A DNA stretch of 63,386 nucleotides, filler included, from Octopus bimaculoides (Eukaryota): assembly GCF_001194135.2 (NCBI RefSeq). It is 5 parts of 4 records of this genome, joined end to end, with 100 filler letters (N's around TTAATTAATTAA, not from the genome) between each part and the next. Parts side by side here need not be neighbours in the genome. Positions count along the whole stretch, not along the records: positions 45,219 to 60,763 come from NC_068987.1; positions 60,864 to 63,386 come from NW_026307016.1; 3 more parts are not named here. The stretch is one strand, 5' to 3'. Each line of letters begins with the position of its first letter. Position 1 is the first letter of the stretch. Under the pieces are notes generated by a model that was given only the letters and a program-made list of their open reading frames with translations, was not told the DNA's origin and ran no database searches. The translations under genes and the position numbers were made by a program. Positions 49,677 through 62,611 of the stretch are shown here, one piece after another.

Positions 49677-50477
49677 TGTATGAGTGTGTGTATGTATGTG
49701 TCTTTATGTATAAATGTGTGTATGTATATATATATATATATANNNNNNNNNNNNNNNNNNNNNNNNNNNNNNNNNNNNNNNNNNNNNNNNNNNNNNNNNN
49801 NNNNNNNNNNNNNNNNNNNNNNNNNNNNNNNNNNNNNNNNNNNNNNNNNNNNNNNNNNNNNNNNNNNNNNNNNNNNNNNNNNNNNNNNNNNNNNNNNNNN
49901 NNNNNNNNNNNNNNNNNNNNNNNNNNNNNNNNNNNNNNNNNNNNNNNNNNNNNNNNNNNNNNNNNNNNNNNNNNNNNNNNNNNNNNNNNNNNNNNNNNNN
50001 NNNNNNNNNNNNNNNNNNNNNNNNNNNNNNNNNNNNNNNNNNNNNNNNNNNNNNNNNNNNNNNNNNNNNNNNNNNNNNNNNNNNNNNNNNNNNNNNNNNN
50101 NNNNNNNNNNNNNNNNNNNNNNNNNNNNNNNNNNNNNNNNNNNNNNNNNNNNNNNNNNNNNNNNNNNNNNNNNNNNNNNNNNNNNNNNNNNNNNNNNNNN
50201 NNNNNNNNNNNNNNNNNNNNNNNNNNNNNNNNNNNNNNNNNNNNNNNNNNNNNNNNNNNNNNNNNNNNNNNNNNNNNNNNNNNNNNNNNNNNNNNNNNNN
50301 NNNNNNNNNNNNNNNNNNNNNNNNNNNNNNNNNNNNNNNNNNNNNNNNNNNNNNNNNNNNNNNNNNNNNNNNNNNNNNNNNNNNNNNNNNNNNNNNNNNN
50401 NNNNNNNNNNNNNNNNNNNNNNNNNNNNNNNNNNNNNNNNNNNNNNNNNNNNNNNNNNNNNNNNNNNNNNNNNNNNN

Positions 50478-50525
<48 letters not shown>

Positions 50526-51046
50526 AACACTCATATATATTATACATACTATCTAGATATTAAACACACATGCATATGTGTGTGCGTGTGTTTGTATTCT
50601 ACTAATTCGCCATATGCATGTGCACGTGTATACAGACACTCACACACACACACACATACACGCACTCACGGACATACACACAAGCACATACTCACGCATA
50701 CACCTACACACGCTCGCACGCGCACACACACACACCGTGTATTGTAATTGTTTGAATCATTAGAGCTAAGAATACAATACATTGCCGAATTTCATCCGAC
50801 ACTGCACAAACTGAGTTCAAACTCTGCCATCGTCGATAAAATAAGGAGCCGGTTCAGAGCCGTTGTTTTTGACTGTGTCAGACAGGATAGCCTGAGGCGG
50901 GGTCCATTCTAATTCTTTCTCTCCTGATATCTTGGGTATTAAAACAAAAATCGTCACCATCACCTGCCTCTTGTATATGTAAATAGGTATAAACACATAA
51001 ACTCACACACACGCGACCCTCACGCATGCACACACACGCTTATATG

Positions 51047-51077
<31 letters not shown>

Positions 51078-51167
51078 CATGTATAGATATATAGATACAT
51101 ATAATATATATACATATACATACATATACGTACATACATATCTGTATACATATACATGTATATGCAT

Positions 51168-51209
<42 letters not shown>

Positions 51210-51959
51210 NNNNNNNNNNNNNNNNNNNNNNNNNNNNNNNNNNNNNNNNNNNNNNNNNNNNNNNNNNNNNNNNNNNNNNNNNNNNNNNNNNNNNNNNNNN
51301 NNNNNNNNNNNNNNNNNNNNNNNNNNNNNNNNNNNNNNNNNNNNNNNNNNNNNNNNNNNNNNNNNNNNNNNNNNNNNNNNNNNNNNNNNNNNNNNNNNNN
51401 NNNNNNNNNNNNNNNNNNNNNNNNNNNNNNNNNNNNNNNNNNNNNNNNNNNNNNNNNNNNNNNNNNNNNNNNNNNNNNNNNNNNNNNNNNNNNNNNNNNN
51501 NNNNNNNNNNNNNNNNNNNNNNNNNNNNNNNNNNNNNNNNNNNNNNNNNNNNNNNNNNNNNNNNNNNNNNNNNNNNNNNNNNNNNNNNNNNNNNNNNNNN
51601 NNNNNNNNNNNNNNNNNNNNNNNNNNNNNNNNNNNNNNNNNNNNNNNNNNNNNNNNNNNNNNNNNNNNNNNNNNNNNNNNNNNNNNNNNNNNNNNNNNNN
51701 NNNNNNNNNNNNNNNNNNNNNNNNNNNNNNNNNNNNNNNNNNNNNNNNNNNNNNNNNNNNNNNNNNNNNNNNNNNNNNNNNNNNNNNNAACACTCATAGG
51801 TAGAGGCACAGACAAGCAGACATACATAATCAGACAACGAATAAATAGTTAAGACGATATTTGTACGGTGAGATAGATAAATAAAAATATAGTCAGACAG
51901 ATGAAGAGACAAACAGAAAGATGATTAGGTAGTTACCTAAATACAAACATACATACATG

Positions 51960-51966
51960 AAGATAA

Positions 51967-52025
<59 letters not shown>

Positions 52026-52197
52026 GATAGATAAATAGATAACTTTCTTTTATTAGCCACACAGGGCTGCATACAGAGGGGACAAATACAACTGTAGAGC
52101 TTTTCTTTAAAAAAAAAGGTAAAATAAAATTTAACAAATCCGATCAAAAGGGATCGGTAGGGGCAAAAAAAAAGGAAGGTATCGTATATCACAGAAA

Positions 52198-52233
<36 letters not shown>

Positions 52234-52239
52234 GCAGGC

Positions 52240-52287
<48 letters not shown>

Positions 52288-52290
52288 TGT
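51960..52290. repeat. (GATA)n/(GACA)n microsatellite split by a 170-bp insertion
   Basis: GATA arrays flank 52030-52200, whose end resembles the family B SINE tail. Confidence 0.85.
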
Positions 52291-52429
52291 GTGATGACAC
52301 TGATAAGGCAATGACTTCTTTACACTGTAAGAAAGTGCTATATAAGATATTAGAATTATACACATACACACAAATACATGCCCTTACACACTACTGTCCT
52401 ACATGATATCATAACTTAACTCTCTCTTC

Positions 52430-52471
<42 letters not shown>

Positions 52472-52993
52472 TACAGACACACAGAGTCTATGTGTGTATA
52501 TGTGCGTGCGTGTTTTTAACTTTTAACTAATTTTATCCACCTTCTCCGTTTTCGCTCTCGTCATCATCATATAGCTTCTCTCACTCTCTCTCTCTCTCTT
52601 TGTTACCTCTCCCCACTACACCGGCCCCAGAACGGGATTATTCGCAACCTCTTAAACTCTATCCCACACATCACTGGCTCTCTCGCTCACTATGATGGTA
52701 GTCTAGCGCTTTTCATTTGACTTCCCCTCCTTTAGCTCTTCCCCTCCTGCTTCTCCTCCTCCTACTTTCATTTTCTCTTATGCCCCCACCTCCTCAAATC
52801 TTCGCTCTTCACTCTAAACTAAGTTATCCACCTCCTCATTCCTCTCCTCCCCTTCCTCCTACACATACAAACGCACGCGCATCTACACACCCACTTTATA
52901 GACACGTGCATAAGATTCACAGACACACACACGCGCACATACACACACATACATACATACATACACACATACATGCATACATACATACATACA

Positions 52994-53025
<32 letters not shown>

Positions 53026-54986
53026 GATGCATCATAGATATTTCGCAGTTCGTAACTTATACATATATATATATACANNNNNNNNNNNNNNNNNNNNNNN
53101 NNNNNNNNNNNNNNNNNNNNNNNNNNNNNNNNNNNNNNNNNNNNNNNNNNNNNNNNNNNNNNNNNNNNNNNNNNNNNNNNNNNNNNNNNNNNNNNNNNNN
53201 NNNNNNNNNNNNNNNNNNNNNNNNNNNNNNNNNNNNNNNNNNNNNNNNNNNNNNNNNNNNNNNNATATATACACCCCCGCACATGCGTGTTTTTTTTTGT
53301 AAATACGTACACCCCCATAGGTAGAGCCAAACATATACACTTGCAGGCACATATTCACACCACCTGCATACACGCATTTAGATATATACACATGCGCACA
53401 CGCACGCACGCGCGCGGGCTCATACACACCTAATTAATATATACACTACATGCGTGTTCATCATATATGTTGACGAGTACACACCCACTACATGTACAGT
53501 GATAAGACACATACAGACACATAAATACACACACGCATACTGACGTACTTCATATGCCACTATATACATACATATATACACATACTTACACACAAACGCA
53601 TAACGATTGCTGCACTCACACACGCGTACATGCACACGCATTAATTCACATGCGCACACACACATATACGACTCCTCGCATGCATACATACATACATACA
53701 TACATACAACACAAACACTTTCCTCTTTCTGTCTCTGTCATCACTCCTCCCACACCCCTTTCTACTCCACCACTACTACCCTCCTCCGTTTACTCTCACC
53801 ATCGTATTATCGTATTATCCCTCCCCATCATCTCGTCTCTTACTTCCTCTTTTCCTTCACTACCACCACCACCACCACCACCACCACCACCTTCAGTATC
53901 CTCCCTCCAAGACCATTCCCTTCATCTTTACCACCATCACTTCGAGCGACTCTCTCCACCATCTCCATCACCGACGTCTCTTGTCTTGGCAACAACTTTC
54001 TTGTTACTATTTAAACCGAAGTCGTGGAAGTTTAGTTTAAAGGCAGCTGAGTGGATTACTGCTCTATAATCTCTCTCCCTCTCTTTATAAATATATATAC
54101 ATAATCTCTATCCCTCTCTGCCACTTTTTCTTTCTCTCTCTCCTCTCTATCTCTCTATATATACATTCTATATACATTATATACAACAGTCGGACTGTGT
54201 ACACAAAGCTAAACTTTACTGTCTTTCGTCAAAAAACGAAAAGACAATACGAAACAGCACACACACCCTCACACACACTCACATACATACTCGGTCACGA
54301 CCAAAATTTACAAAAGCATCATAAAAATCAACTTTAAAAAAACATAAACAACCATTACAACAAAAACACAAAAAAAACAAACAGGCCCAACGAATAATTG
54401 TTTACGACACTTAATTGTTTATTTACAAAGCAAAAATTAATTATCTAAAAATATTAATAATTAACTAAAATACATATGTTTAATAAGTTCCATCGAAGAC
54501 ACATAGATCTCTGAATAACTATACCCTTATCTTCGTCTTTTAATCTGTTTTCAATAACATGTCCCAGTAATTCACACGAGTACAAAACAAACACGCTCTC
54601 AGTCAAAAAACATACACGCAAAAAGCAAGAAACAAAAACAAAAAAATTTAAATACGTGCGGGCTGAAAGACAGTAAATATTGAATTGACTAACGTTCAAT
54701 ACACGCGTGATAGATAGAAGTTTGCTGATCTTCTTTGAATATTACTATTATTATTATTAATAATAGTATTCATACTTAATTCAGGTAAGAATTACAATCT
54801 TTTTGCCTTTTTTTCTTTCTGTTTTTCAATTATTTTAATTAGTTAACCATTGTTGTTTGTTCCCCTTTCTTTTTATATATACTCAACTTGTGTTGACCGC
54901 ATTTTCTTTCGTTTGTATATATATATATATGTATATATGTGTGCGTGTATGTCTCTCTCTGTCCGTGTGTATGTTTGTGTATGTTG

Positions 54987-55041
<55 letters not shown>

Positions 55042-55111
55042 CCTACCTATCACTCTCTCTCTTTCTCTCTCTATATATAAGTGTGTGTGTGTGAATACAT
55101 ATATTTATATC

Positions 55112-55167
<56 letters not shown>

Positions 55168-56789
55168 NNNNNNNNNNNNNNNNNNNNNNNNNNNNNNNNN
55201 NNNNNNNNNNNNNNNNNNNNNNNNNNNNNNNNNNNNNNNNNNNNNNNNNNNNNNNNNNNNNNNNNNNNNNNNNNNNNNNNNNNNNNNNNNNNNNNNNNNN
55301 NNNNNNNNNNNNNNNNNNNNNNNNNNNNNNNNNNNNNNNNNNNNNNNNNNNNNNNNNNNNNNNNNNNNNNNNNNNNNNNNNNNNNNNNNNNNNNNNNNNN
55401 NNNNNNNNNNNNNNNNNNNNNNNNNNNNNNNNNNNNNNNNNNNNNNNNNNNNNNNNNNNNNNNNNNNNNNNNNNNNNNNNNNNNNNNNNNNNNNNNNNNN
55501 NNNNNNNNNNNNNNNNNNNNNNNNNNNNNNNNNNNNNNNNNNNNNNAGTACATAGAATATGAACTATTTTTTCGAACAACGAAAGACACAAATGGAAAAC
55601 AAGACAAACAACATAAGGAACGACCCTTCATCAGTTGTTGGCTGTTTTTCTACTCTCGTATTTCGAGCACACATACATACATACATACATACATACATAC
55701 ATACATACATACATACATACATACATACTTGCTGACTTTGTGGGCTCCGTATTGCTTCCATAAAAATTGAGTTACATATTCCGATATATACTTCATCATA
55801 CTTTATTACGACTCCCCAAACTCACCTTTCAGCAGGTAAAACAACTAATGTTATTAAACAGGTGTTCAAAGTATACAATGTCCTGCCACTTCGGAAAGAA
55901 AACACAAAAACGAAAAATACACATAATTATTTCTTTCTTTTCGTGCACCCTTTTCAGTAATTGCTGGTCCCATGATGTTAAACTAAAATTATTTTGAATC
56001 TGCGATGGAGTCGCAAGAAATAGTTACCAAATATCCCTGTAATATTCTTATAAAGGGATGGCCACGTTAGATAATGTAGTCTCAAAATTATATAGGTTGT
56101 TCATGGATGGAGAGCCTTGATCACAGATCATAGGGGCCTAAACAAGTATAACAAATATTGAAGTCAATTCAAAAATTGAAATTGGCGCCACTAAAGAAAA
56201 CTTTATTGATTTCACATCAAATAACAGTTTATGTATTCGTGTTTGTGTATGTATAAAATATATATATATATAGATGCACACAAGCATTAACACATCTATC
56301 TATGCGTATATGTTATACATATATGCCTACATACGCACACATGCACGCACACACACACACGCGCATACACACACACACACACACACAAACACACACACGT
56401 ACGACTCTAAACTCGTATCATGTATTGAGTGCTAAATATTGATATAATCCACTTTAGTTAAACAATTTTCAACGTAGATTGTTCCCAATGTATTTGTGTG
56501 TGTGTGTGATTTATTAAAATTCAACTCGTGTTCTAGTGTTACCACTCCTGAGACATTGTCGGAATCGCATAAAGAACAGCTGCAGCAAGGAGAATGCGAC
56601 TGCCCGTACTGATGCATACATACTGTGTATCTCCGCAATCGAAAAAGAATTCAGAAGCGGTGGTATTTCATCGTGATACACGCCTACTCCCAGAAGCCCA
56701 GTATTTCTAAGAGTACCTTTCACTAGTTTAATGATCGGACAAGAACTACGGATCCACGAATGTGTGTGTGTAGTTCTCTTATTTTTAAT

Positions 56790-58050
56790 TATTTGAAATC
56801 TTCCTCTGAGGAAATACATACAAAGATACAAAGATACAAAATGTTCGGTCGTTAGAATGTAGATTACAAAAACAATGTCACTTGTTGAATTTGTGAAAAT
56901 TCTTGCACATTTTTATTTTTCTGCTTACAAATTGTATTTCTTAGCTGCTTGATTGTTTTTTTCTTTCTGAAAACCCCAGCTTATCCAGATAATCATTTTG
57001 GCATTTATAGACAGATTATGTCTTAAGAATTGTGTGTATGTATGTATGTATGTATGTATGTATGTATGTATGTATGTATGTATGAATGTATGTATGTATG
57101 TGTAAATGCGCGCGTGTGTGTGTATCTACATTTTCTTCTACTTTTAGTCATCTGAATCTTCCTGAAAAGAAGGAGCTGGTTTCTAACAAAGATACAAAGC
57201 TCTGTCGCTGGAATATAGCTAACAAAAATGCAATGTTACTTGTTGAACTTGAGAAAAGTATTGCATATCTTTACTTTTCCGCTTACAGCTGTATTTGTAA
57301 TGTGCCCCTTAGCCGGTTGATTGCTATTTCTGAAACCCTGGCTTTTCCAGGGAGTCATATAGGTGTTTAATAACAAAACCAAGTTCACCTATTATTATTG
57401 GTACAAATGTGAATTCATACTCTGGGTATAGAAGCTGAAGGTTTCGAAACAGTTGTCGGTAGTTATCCTCTTTTCCATTGATTTTCAAAAAGATATTCAC
57501 GTCAGCAGAGCAGCTGACCTCTATGACGGTCTAGAATTATTCTTGCCTATCCCAAACAACCAACTCATACCGTTATGCTTTCACTTGGTAGATGTTTTGA
57601 TGGGACTGTTCTTCCAAAATTCATACATATGCATAAGTACGTTTACACACACACACACACATGTATAATGTATGTACGCATATGTGTACATAATGAAATG
57701 ATGGAATACATATTAAAATACGTACTTTATTTAAAATGTGTATGCCTTCGTCGATTTTATGATCCTTCAATTTCCATCCTCACTTTAAAATAACACACTA
57801 GACAAAATGGTTAATATATATGTAAGCGTGTGCGTGTATGTGTGTGTGTGTGTATTTAGATATATAAACCATATACGTATGTATGCTTTTTTTTCTGTTT
57901 TTAAATTATCTAAAGTCTTCCTTTCAAGAAGGAATTGGTTTCTAACAAAGATACAAAGCTCCATCGTTGGAATATAGATAACGTAACCAATGCCACATTC
58001 TAAGCCTGAGAAAAGTCTTGCATAGTTTTACTGTTCTGCTTATAGTATGT
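56790..58050 (+). repeat. Three diverged copies of an about 200-bp unit
   Basis: tcttcc...caaagatacaaa...gaat(a/g)tag...gaaaa(g)t..tgca...gctta at about 56790, 57145 and 57905. Confidence 0.7.
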
Positions 58051-58111
58051 ATGTATGTATGTAATGTATGTATGTATGTATGTAATGTATGTAATGTATG
58101 TATGTATGTTA

Positions 58112-58335
58112 TTTCTTTGCTGCCCACCATGGGCTACACACAAAGGGGACAAACAAGGACAGACAAACGGATTAAGTCGATTATATCGACCCCAGTGCGT
58201 AACTGGTACTTATTTAATCGACCCCGAAAGGATGAAAGGCAAAGTCGACCTCGGCGGAATTTGAACTCAGAACGTAACGGCAGTCGAAATACCGCATAGC
58301 ATTTCGCCCGGCGTGCTAACGTTTCTGCCAGCTCG
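58112..58335 (-). mobile_element. Full-length SINE family B copy within (TATG)n
   Basis: tRNA-like head, CORE-like gcctttcatcctttcggggtcgattaaataagtaccag, and tail; flanked by TATG repeats. Confidence 0.88.
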
Positions 58336-58849
58336 AATGTATGTATGTATGTACGCAGTACGTATCTATCTACCTGTCTATCTATGAGTGCATGTAGGTG
58401 GGTACACATCAGTCGTTGATGCAGATTCAGTTCGTTCAACTGAATAACTTGCTCCTCAATTAATAGGTCAGTAGCTGAGCATTTCGTTTAACGCAATTCT
58501 CAGTCATAATCAGCGTGACATAGGGTATGACAAGACTATTCTTTCGACGAGCTTTTGTACAGTTTCCGACTGTACACTGTCACTCATAAGTTATGGGTGG
58601 ACACGAAGCTAGACAAAAAAACTTTTACCCAAAATACCACGCCATGGGATAGAAACTGAAACCTCGTGGTTGCGAAGCGAACTTCTTAACCAATCCTCCT
58701 ATATTGCACCTACTATCTGTACACTCATCCGCCCACACATATTATAATGTTCACCTTCACTGGGACTTTAGGTTTCGTTTGTCGGCATGTTTAACTGCTA
58801 AAGGAAGCTTCGTTTTCGAAGAAAAATCATATATAAACGCATAAATACC

Positions 58850-59130
58850 ATGAAGGTGCGTGAGTTCGGTTCCTGGCGGCGCGTTGTGTCTTTGAGCAAG
58901 ACACTTTCTTTCACGTTCTTCTGGTCCACTCAGCTGGCAAAAATGAGTGGTACATGTAGTTCACAGGGCCAGCCTTGTCATATCCTGTGTCACCCTGAAT
59001 CTCCCTGAGAACTATGTTAAGGGTACGCGAGTCTATGGAGTGCTCAACCTCTTACACGTTAATTTCACGAGCAGGTTGTTTCGTTGATCGGATCAACTGG
59101 AACACTTGTCGTCATAACCGACGGAGTTCC
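58850..59130 (+). mobile_element. SINE family C copy
   Basis: B-box-like gagttcggttcc then gttgtgtctttgagcaagacactt domain. Confidence 0.75.
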
Positions 59131-59506
59131 GAACGGATATAAATATCAAAAATTGAATCTCCTCTCACCGGTTGACAAATCGTTAGATGAACCTTGAACC
59201 CTAATAAACGCAATCTTCGGGGAGGGCGCTAGTCGGTTACATCGAATCCAGTACTCAGCTGGTACTTATTTTATCGACCCCGAAGGGATGAAAGGCAAGG
59301 TTGATCCGGTGTCATTTGAACACAAAACGCAGACACGGACGAAATGCTTATGCGTTAAAATAATGAAATTAACGCAAAATACAGACAAATATATGTGAGT
59401 TTGCACACAGAAATAAACACACACAGGCACACACACACATAAATACATATCGTATATATTTATACACACTCGCATTCTTATTTAGATATTTATTGACTAC
59501 TTGTGC

Positions 59507-59552
<46 letters not shown>

Positions 59553-59569
59553 ATTCATATATATTATGT

Positions 59570-59715
59570 AGATAGAAGTTTGTTTCTCAACCACATGGTT
59601 CCAGCTTCAGTCCCACTGCGTGGCACCTTGGGCAAATGTCTTCTATTATAGCCTCGGGCCGACCAAAGCTTTCTGAGTGTATCTGGTAAAAGGAAACTGA
59701 AAGAAGCCCGTGGTG
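59570..59715 (+). mobile_element. SINE family A 5' half
   Basis: caaccacatggttcc...gaaactgaaagaagcccgt. Confidence 0.85.
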
Positions 59716-60807
59716 TATGCATGCATATATATNNNNNNNNNNNNNNNNNNNNNNNNNNNNNNNNNNNNNNNNNNNNNNNNNNNNNNNNNNNNNNNNNNNN
59801 NNNNNNNNNNNNNNNNNNNNNNNNNNNNNNNNNNNNNNNNNNNNNNNNNNNNNNNNNNNNATATATATATCCTGCTCTCAGAATATATATATATATATAT
59901 ATATATTCTGAGAGCAGGATGAACCGCACCTTGCCAGCACTTGACTAATTTAAAGTATCGATCCCGAAAAGATTGGAAGCAAAGTCGACCTCAGTGAGGT
60001 TTAACTTGTATATAGCCCAGTGGTTAACGTGTTTGGCTCGTGATCATAAAGCTGTGCGTTAAATTTTTGAACTGGGCGGCGCATTGTGTCTTCAAGTAAG
60101 ACGCTTCAGTTACATGCTGCTTCAATATAATTAGTTGTAAAGTGCTCAAGCCGGTAGCTGATGTAGTTTTCTCTCCCATTCGCTCTAACGGCCCTGAGAA
60201 GGATCAGAGGGGTTCTGTATCTGCGTGCGTGTTTATAGACACATAAAACAATTAGGGAAAGCATGGTATGTGTTACCAAGGTATATTTGCTAGCGAGTGA
60301 CTGATGTATCAGCGTACGCGCGCGCGTATGTGTACGTGCATGTGTATACATATGCACGTTCATGTATGTACATCTGCACGTTCATGTGTGTACATCTGCA
60401 CGTGAATGTGTGTACATGTGTGTGTGTCCGTGCTATGCGCCCTCAGCAAAAAAACCAAGGCTGCGATTTAAGTACCAAATTACTTTTCTCCTTGAAGGCT
60501 TCTGAAATATATGAAATAAATTGGAATTGAAATTCTTCCTATTGCCAGCAATGGAGAAAACAGTTAAAGAGTGAAGCAGTTATTTTTGAAAATGCTCGTC
60601 TTTTCTCTAAAGAATGTTAGTGAACTGACTCAGAAATGCACGATTTGTGAAGTTGTAGGGCGAATGGGACTCAACCCGGAACTGTGTCGTTGTGGTTAAG
60701 AAACAAGCTTTTTACCACACAGCCACGTACACATATATACGCATATATATATATATATATATANNNNNNNNNNNNNNNNNNNNNNNNNNNNNNNNNNNNN
60801 NNNNNNN

Positions 60808-60819
60808 TTAATTAATTAA
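60808..60819. other. Assembly linker TTAATTAATTAA
   Basis: 44N-12mer-44N. Confidence 0.95.
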
Positions 60820-61014
60820 NNNNNNNNNNNNNNNNNNNNNNNNNNNNNNNNNNNNNNNNNNNNACAAATATACCTTGATGTATGTACATTTTGAGCATGT
60901 AGGAATTTTGAAGAAAACAACAGCAAGTTATTTTTGAGAAGTGTTCCCCACTCGGTGGTGTTTCAGAGCAAGTCGTCCATATTTGTTTCATTTTTCTCTA
61001 TTATGTGCCTATTA

Positions 61015-61687
61015 CGTCCCAGGTCTTCCTGGGTCTACCTCTTCCACAGGTTCCCTCAACTGCTAGGGTATGGCACTTTTTCACACAGCTATTCTCATCC
61101 ATTCTTGCCACATGTCCATACCAGTGCAGTCGTCTCTCTTGCACACCACAACTGATGCTTCTTAGGTCTAACTTTTCTCTCAAGTTACTTATACTCTGTC
61201 GAGTATGCACACTGACATTACAGATCCCTCGGAACATACTGACTTTGTTTCTTGCAAGCTTACACATGTCCTCAGCTGTCACTGCCCATGTTTCACTGCC
61301 ATGTAGCATGGCTGTTCGTACACATGCGTCATACAGTCTGCTTTTTACTCTGAGTGAGAGGCCCTTTGTCACCAGCAGAGGTAAAAGCTCTCTAAACTTT
61401 GCCCAGGTAGCGAAAGCTATCGAAAGCTATCTACAGTGTTTATTGCTCCTGAGCATCTGCCACATACAAAAACTATCTTGCTAGTTAGTTTTCCTTTGAT
61501 ATTGCTGCACTTCTTATGTGTCCATAGCTTACACTGTGTACATCTTATGGAGTTTCTACCTACACCTTTTCTACAGATTGAGCAGTGCCATCTACCTCAA
61601 GGTGTTTGTGTCTTGTCTACCTTCCTACTTATTAGGACTTTGGTTGACTCCAACGCCCTTCAATTCTAGTCCTTGCTTCCACACCTG
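61015..61687 (-). pseudogene. RTE ORF2 internal fragment in inverted orientation, with PHD-like finger
   Basis: VWKQGL...CSICRKGVGRNSIRCTQCKLWTHKKC...CGRC...AKFRELLPLLVTKGLSLRVKSRLYDACVRTAMLHGSETW...WYGHVARM...GRPRKTWD; two internal deletions. Confidence 0.9.
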
Positions 61688-62596
61688 TGGAAATATGCTG
61701 TGCGTGAAAAGACCTGGCGAGCCAAGTGAGACCAAAATCCAAGGCCTCTGCCAGGGATGTAGCCAGCCCACTTACGCGTAACATTCCTTTATTGGACACT
61801 AAACTCCGCTTACGAAGACCTGTTGAGGCAAGTGAAATCAGAATCGAAGTAAATTTGTAGGAACACTAAACTTGGCTTGCGAAGACCTGTTGGGGCAAGC
61901 GAAATCGAGATGGCACCTGTACCAGTGTGGCACGTAAATAGCACCAGCGTGATCGTTACCAATGTCACCTTCCTGGCACTTGTGCCAGTGGCACGTGAAA
62001 AGACATTCAAGCGAGATCGTTGCCAGTGCCGATGGACTGGCTCCTGTGCAGGTGGCACGTAAAACACCCACTACACTCTCGGAGTGGTTGGCGTTAGGAA
62101 GGGCATCCAGCTGTAGAAACTCTGCCAAATCAGATTGGAGCCTGGTGTCGCCTCCTGGTCCACCAGTCCTCAGTCAAATGNNNNNNNNNNNNNNNNNNNN
62201 NNNNNNNNNNNNNNNNNNNNNNNNNNNNNNNNNNNNNNNNNNNNNNNNNNNNNNNNNNNNNNNNNNNNNNNNNNNNNNNNNNNNNNNNNNNNNNNNNNNN
62301 NNNNNNNCAAGCGTGACCGTTGATCATTACCAACATCACCTCCCTGGCACGTGAAAAGACATTCAAGCGAGATCGTTGCCAGTGCCGATGGACTGGCTCC
62401 TGTGCAGGTGGCACGTAAAACACCCACTACACTCTCGGAGTGGTTGGCGTTAGGAAGGGCATCCAGCTGTAGAAACTCTGCCAAATCAGATTGGAGCCTG
62501 GTGTCGCCTCCTGGTCCACCAGTCCTCAGTCAAATGTTCCAATCCATGCTAGCATGGAAAGTGGACGTTAAACAATGATGATGATGATGATGATGC
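61683..62596 (+). mobile_element. RTE ORF2 last codons plus 3' UTR and (GAT)n tail, sense segment
   Basis: Begins at the DLWKYAVR codons; both UTR arrays present; part is duplicated across the gap at 62181-62326. Confidence 0.88.
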
Positions 62597-62611
62597 ATAT
62601 ATATATTTAAG

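Noticed and set aside
56514-56831. 105-aa minus-strand ORF with a hydrophobic stretch
   Set aside because: Starts in low-complexity sequence, has no recognisable domain and no convincing splice sites.
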